This document shows positions 40,100 to 51,358 of a DNA stretch of 64,000 nucleotides, in pieces. The translations under genes and the position numbers were made by a program. How positions within the stretch are numbered: position 1 is the first letter of the stretch; each line of letters starts with the position of its first letter. The notes under the pieces are model-generated. The model worked only from the letters and a program-made list of their open reading frames with translations, had not been told where the DNA came from and searched no databases. Source of the DNA: the human T2T-CHM13v2.0 reference genome, Homo sapiens; assembly GCF_009914755.1 (NCBI RefSeq), contig NC_060939.1, one strand, 5' to 3'.

Positions 40100-42170
40100 A
40101 AGCAGCTATTCAGTGTGGGAATGTGAAAAAAATGAGAAAACTGTGATTTTATTCTGACCTCATTAACAACAAAGCTGAACAGCTACAAATAAAAGAGAGA
40201 AAAAGCATTCAACATATCTGAGTCGATTTCACCGAGCAAACAAGAAAACTGAAATCTGACAAGATAGGAGCCTGCAAAGAGAACCAGGACCTACCTGCTA
40301 GTGTACATAGGGCAGGTGCCACTGGATGGCATTTGAGATAGAAACAGACTAACCTAGAAATACTTAATGACTTTTTTTTAGTATGCATGTACTAATGGTG
40401 TTAGAGTGGCCTAGTGCTTGCAAGCTTTTCCTAGAGAACTTGAAAAATCCACGGACAACTTCCTCATCTGGTGTCTTGTGGTGTTGACTGGGGAAAAGAA
40501 CAGCAGCTCCTGTGGAATGCCTGGATGCACCTCCACTACCTCCAGGGGAAATCCACCAAAGCATGTGTCATGTGAGCTGTGGTGAAGTCAACAGAAACAA
40601 AAGGAAACAGAGGACACCAAGGAAACTTGATCCAGAAACACCTCCCATCTCCTTCCTCAGGAAAGAAATCCTTACTCTTTAGGGTAAGGATAGTGGGTAA
40701 AAAGCTGGGGACACTGGTGAAAAACAATTCTGTATGGGAAAATACATTCCAGCCCTGGGGAAAGAGTTAAGGACAGGACAATCTGCAAGGCCACTCCCCA
40801 GAACTATGCTTACTACTCCTGCATAAGAAGAAGACTCAGTCAGAAGGTTGGAGGACGTCCCGCTTTGTCCAAGTTCCTTCACCACACAGTCAGCAATTTA
40901 AACTGTCAGTAGGGTGCACTTTCCACAGCTGAAAGAGACAGACTCCCTGGGGAAAACTAAATATAAAGACCCAGGATCAAACAGGGACACAAAAGCAAGT
41001 ATCATGGGAGGAACTTGAAATCTCTGTGGACAGCAGAAGCTGACTTCAACTCTGATAATTGTGGCATCCATAAATTGCAAATATAGCCCTGAATAGATAC
41101 ACACAAATGTCTATAATGAAGGCCCAGCAGAATGGAATGTGTGACCATCTTCAGGAAGAAAATAATGAATACATGAGTACAAGAAAATAAATTACAAATA
41201 AAAGTCAAACTTGAATTCTATATGTATTAAAAATTTCATTTAAAGAGAAAGTCAAATGAATACCCTGTAAGACAATTCGATTCTGAGAAAATTTATTGCC
41301 AGTGCATTCATCCTTCAGTAGGTGCTTTGGCAAAATTTCTGCCAGGGTGAGTAGCCATATGATATACATCTGAAACATGAATCTATCCAAATAAAACAGG
41401 TGGTCAAGAATGAAAAAATGAAGTTGAAATGTAGTTTTTATATTTTTAATTGTTCTAATATATGTCTATGTAAAGTAACGATAAAAATGCACATATTATA
41501 TTTTATAGCACATATAAGTGCAAACTGAGAATAAACTAAGACAACGGATGAGAAACAGGGTTTAGAAGAATACAGTTATAATAGCTCTACAACCTATGAA
41601 GAGGTTTTACATTATTTGAATTAGAATCTGATTATATACAATTCGTATTGTATATCTTATGGCCAATATAATATTCATAAAAGATGAACTAAACGATAAG
41701 TTAATAGAGAATAAACATGATCATAAAATGCTAAATTAAAACAGAAATTAACAGAAAAATAGTAATACCAGTTTTAAAACAGAATTTATTATAGTTGATT
41801 TAAAAAGCAAGACCCAACTATTAGCTCTGTATAGAAATTTGCTCTACATAGGAAAGTTAAATACAGGAAAACATGGACCATGAAAATATGAACGAAAAGA
41901 AAGCGTGCTTAGCTATGTTAAATTCAGACAAGGTAGACATAAGACTTTCAGGAATCAAGGGGCATATTACATAGGGTAAAGGGATCAGTTTTCTAAAAGG
42001 CATCACCAAAGATTTAACCAATGGATCTGCAATAGAAAATAGGCTAACATCTATAACAGATAGAGACTTCGACACTTATTGTGATTGACAAAACAAACGT
42101 GATAAAATAGGTAAATACATAAGTGACCAGAATCAACTTATTTGACTAGTTTCATTTATAGAATATTCAA
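40100..42170 (+). mobile_element. Old L1M fragments (5' region to ORF2 endonuclease)
   Basis: aaaaagcaagacccaactattagctctgtatagaaa; taaattcagacaaggtagac; gatagagacttcgacac (GDFNT-like). Confidence 0.55.
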
Positions 42171-43316
42171 TGGGAAGACAGCAGGAACCCAAACTGTGAT
42201 TAACCAGAAGATATTAGAGGGACATGGTGATTGAATTTGATGTGGTTACCTGAGTTGAACAAAGAAACAAACAAAAAGCAATAGGAAAGTGAGACTTTAT
42301 CTCAAAAAGAAAAGAAAAAGGAAAAAAGGAAACTGTTAAAAATTGGCAAAATTCAAATAAATCCCAGAGCTGAATAAACAGAAAATTATCAGTGTAAATA
42401 TATTAGTCCCATGTCCCATTTTTTTAACATACTAACTTTAGTGAAAACTCGGAGATGGATGTGAACACACTGTATTTTCCTTACAATTGTTCTGATAATC
42501 TATAATTATTCCAAATAAAAAGTGTGTAAAATATAAAGTAACAATCATAAAAATAATAGTTCAAAGAACTTATAAAATAGGCTTCTGAAAATAATATTGT
42601 TACTAACATTATTATGGATAATTATTTTAGAGGATAATACTGAAATGATCATCAAAGTAGTGGACAGATGTTTATTTATTTCAGAAAAAGATGTGAGGCA
42701 TCTCATATTAAATGCTAGTGATGGAAGTGTTTATAGAGTTATTTTATCATCTATAATACGATGGATGAAAAGCATTATCATAAGCATTTGATGGATGAAA
42801 AGCATTACTCATAAGCATTTATTTAGCCAATATCATGAATGTATTATAATTTCCTCAATTGTGCACCACTTTTGTGTTAATACCATGTGAACATTTTCCA
42901 CTGCGTGTGTCATATCTAAAAATTTGAACTAGTTTGTTTCTTATTAACGTGACTCTTGTAAATGCTGTAGGCATTGCTAATGTTCTCTGTAATTTCTCTA
43001 CTGGTGACTTTTTCCTAATATTTTAACATGATAAATTTGGATTAATACAACTATGTAATTTAATAATATATTTTAAACTTCATAGTCGTACACACACAGA
43101 CACACACACACACACACACACAACAGCCAAGCAATGACACATATATGCGTCCATGCAAAAATGAATGTATATTAAACACCAAAACAACACACCCATTTTT
43201 TCTATATTATTTTAATTATTTAACTGAATGTAACTTGTATTTGCAGTTTCATTTTTGAATGAATGTAAATGCCATTCTTGCCAAATATATTACTTAAGTG
43301 TACAGTGGTATTTACT

Positions 43317-43594
<278 letters not shown>

Positions 43595-44690
43595 TAAATA
43601 TCAGTCAGTTATTAATAAATTGAATAATAAGACAAACATCACTTAAATTTTTATTAAATCATTGATTAAAGTAACATTGTATTTTTTTAAACTAGGCAGG
43701 ATATAACTTTTCTATTTGAAAAATTTTTTAAAAAACTTTTTGGTGTTAATTTTCAATACAAACTCTAGTCTTTATTTGCCAATATGCCTTTATAATAAAG
43801 AACATCCAGTGATAGGAAACTGAAAGCAGCCCATGCTTTGCAGGATTCAATCACAATGGCAGCTTGCTGGAGGGTGGTCTGAGAGTGTGCAAACACATTA
43901 GGGATTTGGACTTCATGAAAGCACTAGTGAGCCCCTGGGCTGAGCACACAGAGGGTAGCATGAGTTGCAGAGCCCAATCTGTGGTACTGAGGGAAAAAGA
44001 GGAATGGGTGGGGGTTATGTCTGCAGGACCCTAGAAAAGTGTGATGAGGGCAGAGAGTCTGCAGGTAGAGCATATTCTAAGGAGAACTGTTACTCTCCTA
44101 AACTTGGTTGGCTTCAGTGATCATGAAAAGAAGTGAACTGATTTACCAGACATGGGGGACAGAAAGTAAAAGGACTTCCTGTTTCCTGCATGGAGAGTGA
44201 GGAAGATAAAATATTTTGACAGAAAAAGAGAAGATGGAGAAAGTTTGAGAAGCAAAACACCAGGGGCCAAAGTGGAGGACATGAGCCCTTAAAGCGGTGT
44301 TTCATCTGCACAAACAGCCGATGAAAGGAAAAGAAACTGGACCCCACGCATATGCTGAGTTGTTAGAAAAGCATTTACAATAGTGTGTCTGACAGCACAG
44401 AAAACAAAAAAATTGTGCATAGAGCCAGACTTTGGATTGAATATACACAATTAAAAAAAATTATACTGAGATATATCATTGCTAGTATAACTCTGAAAAT
44501 AGGCAGAGTTTAAAGTTGAATTGAACCCCTGTTCTAAGTTAATGTTTTATAGGTGAAAGAAACCATGAGTTACAAGGAAGACATGGTAAGAGATCCTGGG
44601 GAAGACTTTTGCTTGACCAGGTCAGGAATCACCAAGGTGGAAAAGGAAACCTCACGCTCCCCAGGTACCTGATATGGAGCTGCCTCCAAA

Positions 44691-46092
44691 GAGCCCCTTG
44701 GAGGTCCTGAGTGCCCCCTCGTGTCCTGAGCCATCCTTGCTGTCCTGAACACCTGCTGGTGGTTCTGAGCGCCCTCTGGTGGATCTGAGCGACCCCTGGA
44801 GGTTCTGAGCGTCCCCTGGTGTCCTGAGCGCCCCCTGGTGGTTCCTCAGTGCCTACTAGTGTCCTGAGTGTCCCCTTGTGGTTCCTGAGCGCCCCCTGGT
44901 GGTTCTGAGCACCCCTTGGTGTCCTCAGTGCCCCCTAGTGGTTCCTGAACCTCCCCTGGTTTCCTGGGCACCCTCTGGTTTCCTGGGTGACCCCTGGTGG
45001 TTCCTGAGCGCCCCCTAGTGTCCTGAGCATCCCCTGGTGTCCTGAGCGCCCCCTGGTGGTTCTGAGCATACCCTGGTGGTTCTGACCGCCCGCTGGTGTC
45101 ATGAGCGCCCCCTGGTGGTTCCTGAGCTTCCCCTGGTTTTCTGAGTGTCCTCTGGTCGTTCTGAGCACCCGCTGGTTTCCTTAGCATCCCCTGGTGTCCT
45201 GAGCACTCCCTGGTGGTTCTGAGAATCCTCTGGTGTCCTGAGCACCCCCTGGCAGTTCTGAGTACCCCTTGGTGTCTTGGTCACATCCTGTGGTTCTCAG
45301 CACCCCCCCACCACAGTCTCATGAGCGCCCCCTGGTGTCCTGAGCGCCCCCTGGTGCTTCTGAGCACCCTCTGGTGTTCTGAGCACCCCCTGCTTCTTCT
45401 GAGCGCTCCCTGGCAGTTCTGAGCGCCCCCTGGTGTCCTGAGCACCTCCTGGTGTTTCCTGAGCGCCTGCTGGTGTCCTGGGCTCCCCCTGGTGATTCTG
45501 CCTGCCCCCTGGTGTCAACACCCCTTAGTGGTTCTGAGCAGCTCCTAGGTTCCTTAGGGCCCCCTGGTGGTTCTGAGTGCCTCCTGGTGTCCTGAGCACC
45601 CCCTGGTGGTTCTGAGCGCCCCCTGGTGTCCTGAGCACCCCCTGGCGGTTCCGAGTGCCCCCTGGTGTCCTGAGCTATCCCTGGTGGTTCTGAGTGCTCC
45701 CTTGTGTCCTGAGCGCCCCCTAGTGATTCATAGCACCTCCTAGTGTTCTGAGCGCCCCCTGGTGTCCTGAGCGCCTCCTGGTGGTTCTGAGCACCCTCTG
45801 GTGTCCTGAGGGCCCCTTTGTGGTCCTGAGCGCCCCCTGGTGTCCTCAGCACCAGCTAGTGGTTCTGAGCGCCCCCTGGTGGTTCATAGCACCCCCAATT
45901 GTCCTGAGTGCCCCCTGGTGTTTCTGAGCACCCCCTGGTGTCCTGAGCTCCTCCTGGCAGTTCTGTGCACCCTACCTGATGGTCCTGAGTGCCCCCTGGT
46001 GGTTCTGAGCACCCCCTGGTGTCCTGAGCCCCTCCTGGTGGTTCTGTGCACCCTCCCTGATGGTTCTGAGTGCCCCCTGGTGGTTCTGAGCA
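44691..46092. repeat. GC-rich 19-21-bp minisatellite (~65-70 units) made of CTCF-consensus-like motifs, directly 3' of a V-RSS
   Basis: Units ctgagcgccccctggtgtc / ctgagcaccccctggtggtt. Exact GCGCCCCCTGGTGG at 44828, 44889, 45046, 45105 and 45869. Confidence 0.95.
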
Positions 46093-46131
46093 GCATCTAC
46101 CGCATAGTCCCCTCCTGTCTCCCTGCAGTGA

Positions 46132-46170
46132 GCTTTGTGTCTGGGCTCACACAGGGTTTCCCTCACTGTG
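46132..46170 (-). other. V-RSS (23-bp spacer) of the clan III pseudogene
   Basis: CACAGTG (46164-46170), 23 nt, ACACAAAGC (46132-46140). Confidence 0.9.
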
Positions 46171-46596
46171 TCACTCACAGTAATACATGGCCTTGTCCTT
46201 GGCTTTCAGATTGGTCATTGTAAGGCAGACTGCACTTGAAAGGGTGTTGCTTGAGATTGTTAATTTATTTGTATTCATGGAGAGTAACCCTGAGAATTCA
46301 TACTTGATCGCTCACTGTTGGCATCCACACCTATCCCTGTTGTGAAGCGTGCTGGACCAAGCTCATGCTGTAGCCAGTAAAGGTGAAACCAGAGGCTTTG
46401 CAGGAGAATCTCAACCGCTGGGCTGTAAAATTTTTCCCCCTCTGACTCCATCAGTAAACTTCACACAGGACTTCCATGAACACAGAAAACAGACTGAGAA
46501 AAGCCCCATGAGGAGCAGCCACAGCTGGACCTGTTTTACAAAGGCCACTAATGTTGACGGGGATGAGAAGGGAATCCAGATCAGTGCAGACCCCAT
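46171..46596 (-). pseudogene. IGHV clan III pseudogene (positional paralog of IGHV(III)-2-1)
   Basis: Leader-like MGSALIWIPFS from the ATG at 46594-46596. V start GAAGTTTACTGATGGAGTCAGAGG with a degenerate acceptor. 3' end AAGGACAAGGCCATGTATTACTGTGAGTGA (KDKAMYYCE*). Frameshifted, RSS near-intact, no octamer at the usual position. Confidence 0.85.
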
Positions 46597-47094
46597 GGTG
46601 TGGACACTGAGGAAGGGCACAGACATGGGGTGGCTCCTCGCCAGGGCCTGAGGGAACAGGGGATGAGCTGCCTTTCTTGAGAAGGGGAGGGGACACATTT
46701 CCATGTCTTTCTTTTTGTGGTCATGGGTGCACCGCTCAGCATTGCTCATCCACCCTCTGTGTCTACATTTCAGGGAAGTCAAGGTCAAAGGATTTCTGGG
46801 TCTGGATGCACAGAGTTAATCTGCCCATTACTCTTTTTTATTCTCTAGTGTGGACGCTGTTCAGGTATTTTCATAATAGCAAACATTATCAACAAATATG
46901 TCCAGTAAGAACATAAAAATATGTTTCCAGAGAAAATGGACACCTGTCTCTAATTGGTACATTTAGAGCTGCAAACTACTGTTCTTGACAATAAGGCAAA
47001 GTTAGGTTACAATGAAAAAATACATATCTACGCCTTGTCAGGGAGGGGGTTTATAATTATCATTATCTTGAGATCATTTTGCCACAGAACAATT

Positions 47095-47410
47095 CGACAT
47101 TGGATATATGTGTTTGTGTAAGGAAACAGTCAATGTGGACATATGTGTACTTATCTGAATTGAGTTCACATGGAGACATGTTTGCTTGTCTGAGACAAGA
47201 GTCCACATGAGGAAATGTCTGTTTTCTGAGGAAAGAGTAAATGTCAGAACATATGTGGTAGTCTGAGGAAAGAGTCCACGTGGGGACATGTGTGTTTGTC
47301 TGAGGAAAGAATCCACATGAGTAACGGTGCATTTATCTGACAGAAGAGTCCACATGTTGACAGGTGTGTGTCCCCATCTGAAGGTAAATGCCCATTCAGG
47401 GACAGTGTAT
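47095..47410 (-). repeat. Degenerate copies of the 37-bp minisatellite unit
   Basis: gagtccacgtggggacatgtgtgtttgtctgaggaaa and neighbouring units are the reverse complement of the 18220-19782 unit. Confidence 0.8.
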
Positions 47411-49659
47411 GCCTGAACTGAGCTGAAGTTTGGGGAAATATTTCTCAACCAAGGAAAGAAAATAATCCTGTGGGTTATTTGCTTGTCAAGAGGAAAAAAC
47501 CTGGGTCACGTAGAAAATTGATTTTAAAAAAAATTAAAAAATTAAAGGTCTTTAGTGAATGGCAACATCTTATATGCAAATCAGGAAAATTACCTCATTC
47601 TTTGTTACATACATCTCATGAAATCTCCACCCTCACAAAATAAGTAATGAGATAATTTTATACAATCTGCATTTGATCCTTGGGTTAATGAACTGCTAAG
47701 TACTTTTTTTTAATTGTGTATATTTAGGTTTATATTTTCCATCATAAAATTATGTGCTTAGACAAATTAATTGTGTCATATCTGAACCATTGCATATCAC
47801 TATAAATAATTTTAATCTTCTTAAACAGTGTCTTTTTAACTTATTTTATACCCAGTCTCTAAGCTCCTGGAATATCCTCTATATGTTTACTTGACTACAG
47901 TTTTGGCTTTTATAGAATTTCAAATAAATCAAATTATACAGTGTCATTGAAATGACTTCACTGAAGAAACTGGAAAATGAAGTTGCTGACCTAAGGAACT
48001 TTGAAAATGAGGAAACTCTATAATAAGTGTAAAGAAACTGAATATAAGCACTCTATTCTAGTAGATAAACATGTTTCCAACAAGGGTACAGCTTTACATT
48101 TCTGATACTGCTATGCATGTGTCCTGAAATTGTGCAGCTAAGTAATCAAATGGCATATGGTTGGATGGGGTTCCTCACTTTGCAGTGAGTGGTTATAGAC
48201 AGTCAAGGAAGGAAGGCTAGAAAGGTCCATGTGGTAGCATAATTGGGTAGAGAGACCAGTGTGTTCTCACTTTTAATGTAATCAAATTACAGAAGGTTAG
48301 ATACATAGTTTACTAGGCCAGTCAGTTGAGAGGTCCTACAAGTACTTATACCACGTTAACAATGCACATACCCAGTATTACAATTTTTTAAATACTATTC
48401 TTTAACATCAGAAACAAGCAGTCTTTAGAAAAATGGCTGATTCTATGTACGAAAAAGATAATATAGAAAATGAGTTTAGAATTTATTATAATAGCAGGAA
48501 ACAGGGAAGTGTTCAAAAACAAAAGCATGAGGTGAGCTGTAAGGATGCAGGATCCAAACTAAATGAGCTCCCAGCACATAATAAAGCTGTGGTGGTTTGA
48601 AAAATAAAATGAATAATGTAGCATGGATCTTCTTCAGAGTATGAAATAGACATCCATAAACCAATACACATATTAATAAGTGATCAAATAAAGAAATAAT
48701 AGGAAGAAGAACACATCTTTTTAAGAAGTATTCCAACTATGTTAGGTTGATAGTCCTCCAATCAAGTAGGTGAAGCTTAAACACTCATGAGTTGATTGTA
48801 GCCTGAGACTAGAGACATGGAAAAAGTAATCATATTAGTATATTTTATAATGAGATTTCAGATATAATACCAAAGACATGATCTGTAGATGAATAAAATT
48901 TTATTTTTTAAATCTAAATTTGTATAAACACACACACACACACTTTTCTGCAATACACACTGATAAGGGAGTAAAAGACAGCCACAGACTTGGAGAAAAT
49001 ACTTCCAAGTCACATATTTGTTAAATGAATTCTTTTAATTTGTTAAATGACTTTTATAATCAATATGCAAGTAAACTTACAACTAATCAAAAGAAAACAA
49101 TACAGTTAAAAATGAACCAAATATGAGAAGAGGCATCTCAGCAAAAACTATATGAAAATTGTTAAATGTAAATTTTTATTAAGGAAATGTGCATTTAACT
49201 AAAAATTAGATACCATTACTCACCTATTAGAATGGTTAAAACACATAATTCTCATAATTGTAAATGGCAATATGAATGTGGAAAACCAAGAACTATCATG
49301 CATTGATGGTGGGAATTCAAAATGCTACATGCACAAAATGAGTTTTTTTGGCATTTTTAAAAATAGAGATAAAATGTGATTTGTGTATGTGTTCCAAAAT
49401 ATTTACAACACTGATTCAGAAATTGATGTTTACACAGATACCTACAGAGGAAGTTCTGTATCAGTTTTATTAATTCAATCCCTGAAATTTGCTTGCAGAA
49501 TAAATATTGTATGAAAAATCTCTCAAGTAATTAAAATTTCTCAAGTACACATTTATATTGTTTCTTTTCCTTAATGACTTAATGTCATTTTCTGAGAAAG
49601 TCTTCAATCTAATAATCTTTGTCATTTCCTCCATGCCAGTACAGTTGCTTCCTCCCTGG

Positions 49660-49698
49660 GGTTTCTGACACTCTCAGGATGTGGGTTTTCACTCTGTG
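49660..49698 (-). other. V-RSS of IGHV1/OR15-3 with a mutated heptamer
   Basis: Heptamer CACAGAG (49692-49698), 23 nt, nonamer TCAGAAACC (49660-49668). Confidence 0.92.
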
Positions 49699-50136
49699 TC
49701 TCTCGCACAGTAATACACGGCCGTGTCCTCAGATCTCAGGCTGCTCAGCTGCATGTAGGCTGTGCTCGCAGATGTGTCCCTGGTAATGGTGACTCTGCCC
49801 TGGAGCTTCTGTGAATATTTTGTGTTACCATTGCCAGCGTTGATCCATCCCATCCACTCAAGCCTTTGTCCAGGGGCCTGGCGCATCCAGTTCATAAAGT
49901 AGTCGGTGAAGGTGTATCCAGAAGCCTTGCAGGAGACCTTCACTGAGGCCCCAGGCTTCTTCACCTCAGCTCCAGACTACACCAGTTGGACCTGGGAGTG
50001 GGCACCTGTAGAGAAGACACAGGAGTGGATGGAAGCCCCCTTGACTGGCCTCAATCCCTTCCTCCTCACTGGGATTTGGCAGCCCCTTACCTGTGGCTGC
50101 TGCCACCAAAAAGAGGATCCTCCAGGTCCAGTCCAT
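49699..50136 (-). pseudogene. IGHV1OR15-3: IGHV1 orphon pseudogene (IGHV1-3 paralog); exons 50091-50136 and 49699-50005; stop at V codon 6
   Basis: Leader [20 protein letters not shown]: [65 protein letters not shown]...AVYYCAR, with TAG at 49977-49979. Confidence 0.92.
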
Positions 50137-50231
50137 GGTGAGGAGCTGTGCTCTGGGGGCTTCTTCTGAGGAGGGATGTGGTTGTTGGGTGATGCTCTCA
50201 GGGCACAAAGATATCTATAGTCATATCAGTT

Positions 50232-50248
50232 ATTTGCATATTCATGAG
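50232..50248 (-). promoter_or_regulatory. VH promoter octamer and heptamer
   Basis: ATGCAAAT (50232-50239) and CTCATGA (50242-50248) on the minus strand. Confidence 0.9.
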
Positions 50249-50759
50249 CGATGCTATTTCATACCTAACACAGCATGAGAAAGAATGGAGAGATGACACA
50301 TGGATTACCCAACAGGAGGATGCTAAGGGTTCAAGCTATAATCCCCTTAGAGGCCATGTGTGCCCTGCCACATCCCTAAGCTGTATGTTGACAGAGCTTC
50401 TGGAGAACAATTTTCTCCAGAACAGTGGAGAACACTGGAGAACAATTTTCCCTAGAACAGGACTTCACTGGGAACCCACACTTGAATAGCTCAGAGGTAA
50501 TTTAAAGCATTTCTAGGCTTTAATACATGAATGTGTTATTTGGGGGATGAGTGTGTTTCTCCAAAAGTTGCACTTATTTATATAAAATAAAAGCTTAATT
50601 GATCTCCAGATGCTTACTATTAAGGTATGTAGCAGGGTTAGAAATCTCCAGTGTAAATTGATAAATTCTTGCAATTGAATAGGATATTTATGGAATCTTC
50701 AGCAGTCTTTGTCAAATACTTATTTTAGATTTTTTTAGAAGAATGACACAGATCTTGAG

Positions 50760-51090
50760 AGGAATCCCTCCCCAGCCTCCTGTGCACCTGCTCTGGGGCT
50801 GGGGCCTGTGCTGGGTGGGCCTTGAGCGCCCCCTGCAGCCCAGCCCTTGCACTGCAGAGAGGCTCCTGTCTGGGCTCCCAGAGCATTTTCCTCCCTGTAT
50901 GAAGTGGCTGTGTCCTGGCTCAGAATGCTTCTTTAGTGACACGTGACACCATGTCCTGCTGACACCATCGCTTGCAATAGTAAATTGGTTGTAGGAAAGC
51001 CAGTGAACTCTGCAGAAACACCCCAAACAAGGATTCTATGAAACCACCAGGGAGCCCCTTCTCTGGAGCTCCGGAAGCACTGGATCAGTC
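50760..51090 (-). pseudogene. Highly decayed IGHV relic upstream of IGHV1/OR15-3
   Basis: Minus-strand FR2-like GAGCTCCAGAGAAGGGGCTCCCTGG, FR3-like CTGAGCCAGGACACAGCCACTTCA, then TACAGGG (50893-50899), 23 nt, ACAGGAGCC (50861-50869), and CTCF-like GCTGCAGGGGGCGC (50826-50839). Confidence 0.55.
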
Positions 51091-51231
51091 CACACTCACA
51101 ATGAGTCCAGGAGCTCCCAGGGGCTTTGGGAGAACACCTAATCTCTTGTCGGTTCCTTTGGATGAACATCTCATCAGATAATTTCTAAACCTACAAAATC
51201 ATGGGTCTCAGAGCCCACTGCGAAACTCCTA

Positions 51232-51233
<2 letters not shown>

Positions 51234-51279
<46 letters not shown>

Positions 51280-51358
51280 GTGGTTAGAGTCCCCACAGTA
51301 ATGGACACACACACACACACACACACACACACTGTGTCTAGAGTCCTCACAGTAATGA
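51234..51358. repeat. Two (CA)n microsatellites within a small tandem duplication
   Basis: (CA)n followed by tagagtcc(c/t)cacagtaatg occurs twice. Confidence 0.9.

Noticed and set aside
44846-46223. Gly/Pro/Arg-rich repetitive ORFs
   Set aside because: Products of the 19-21-bp minisatellite with constant frame switching.
47574-47581. Isolated octamer ATGCAAAT
   Set aside because: About 1 kb from the nearest leader, opposite in orientation to the V promoters here, and in AT-rich DNA; likely chance.
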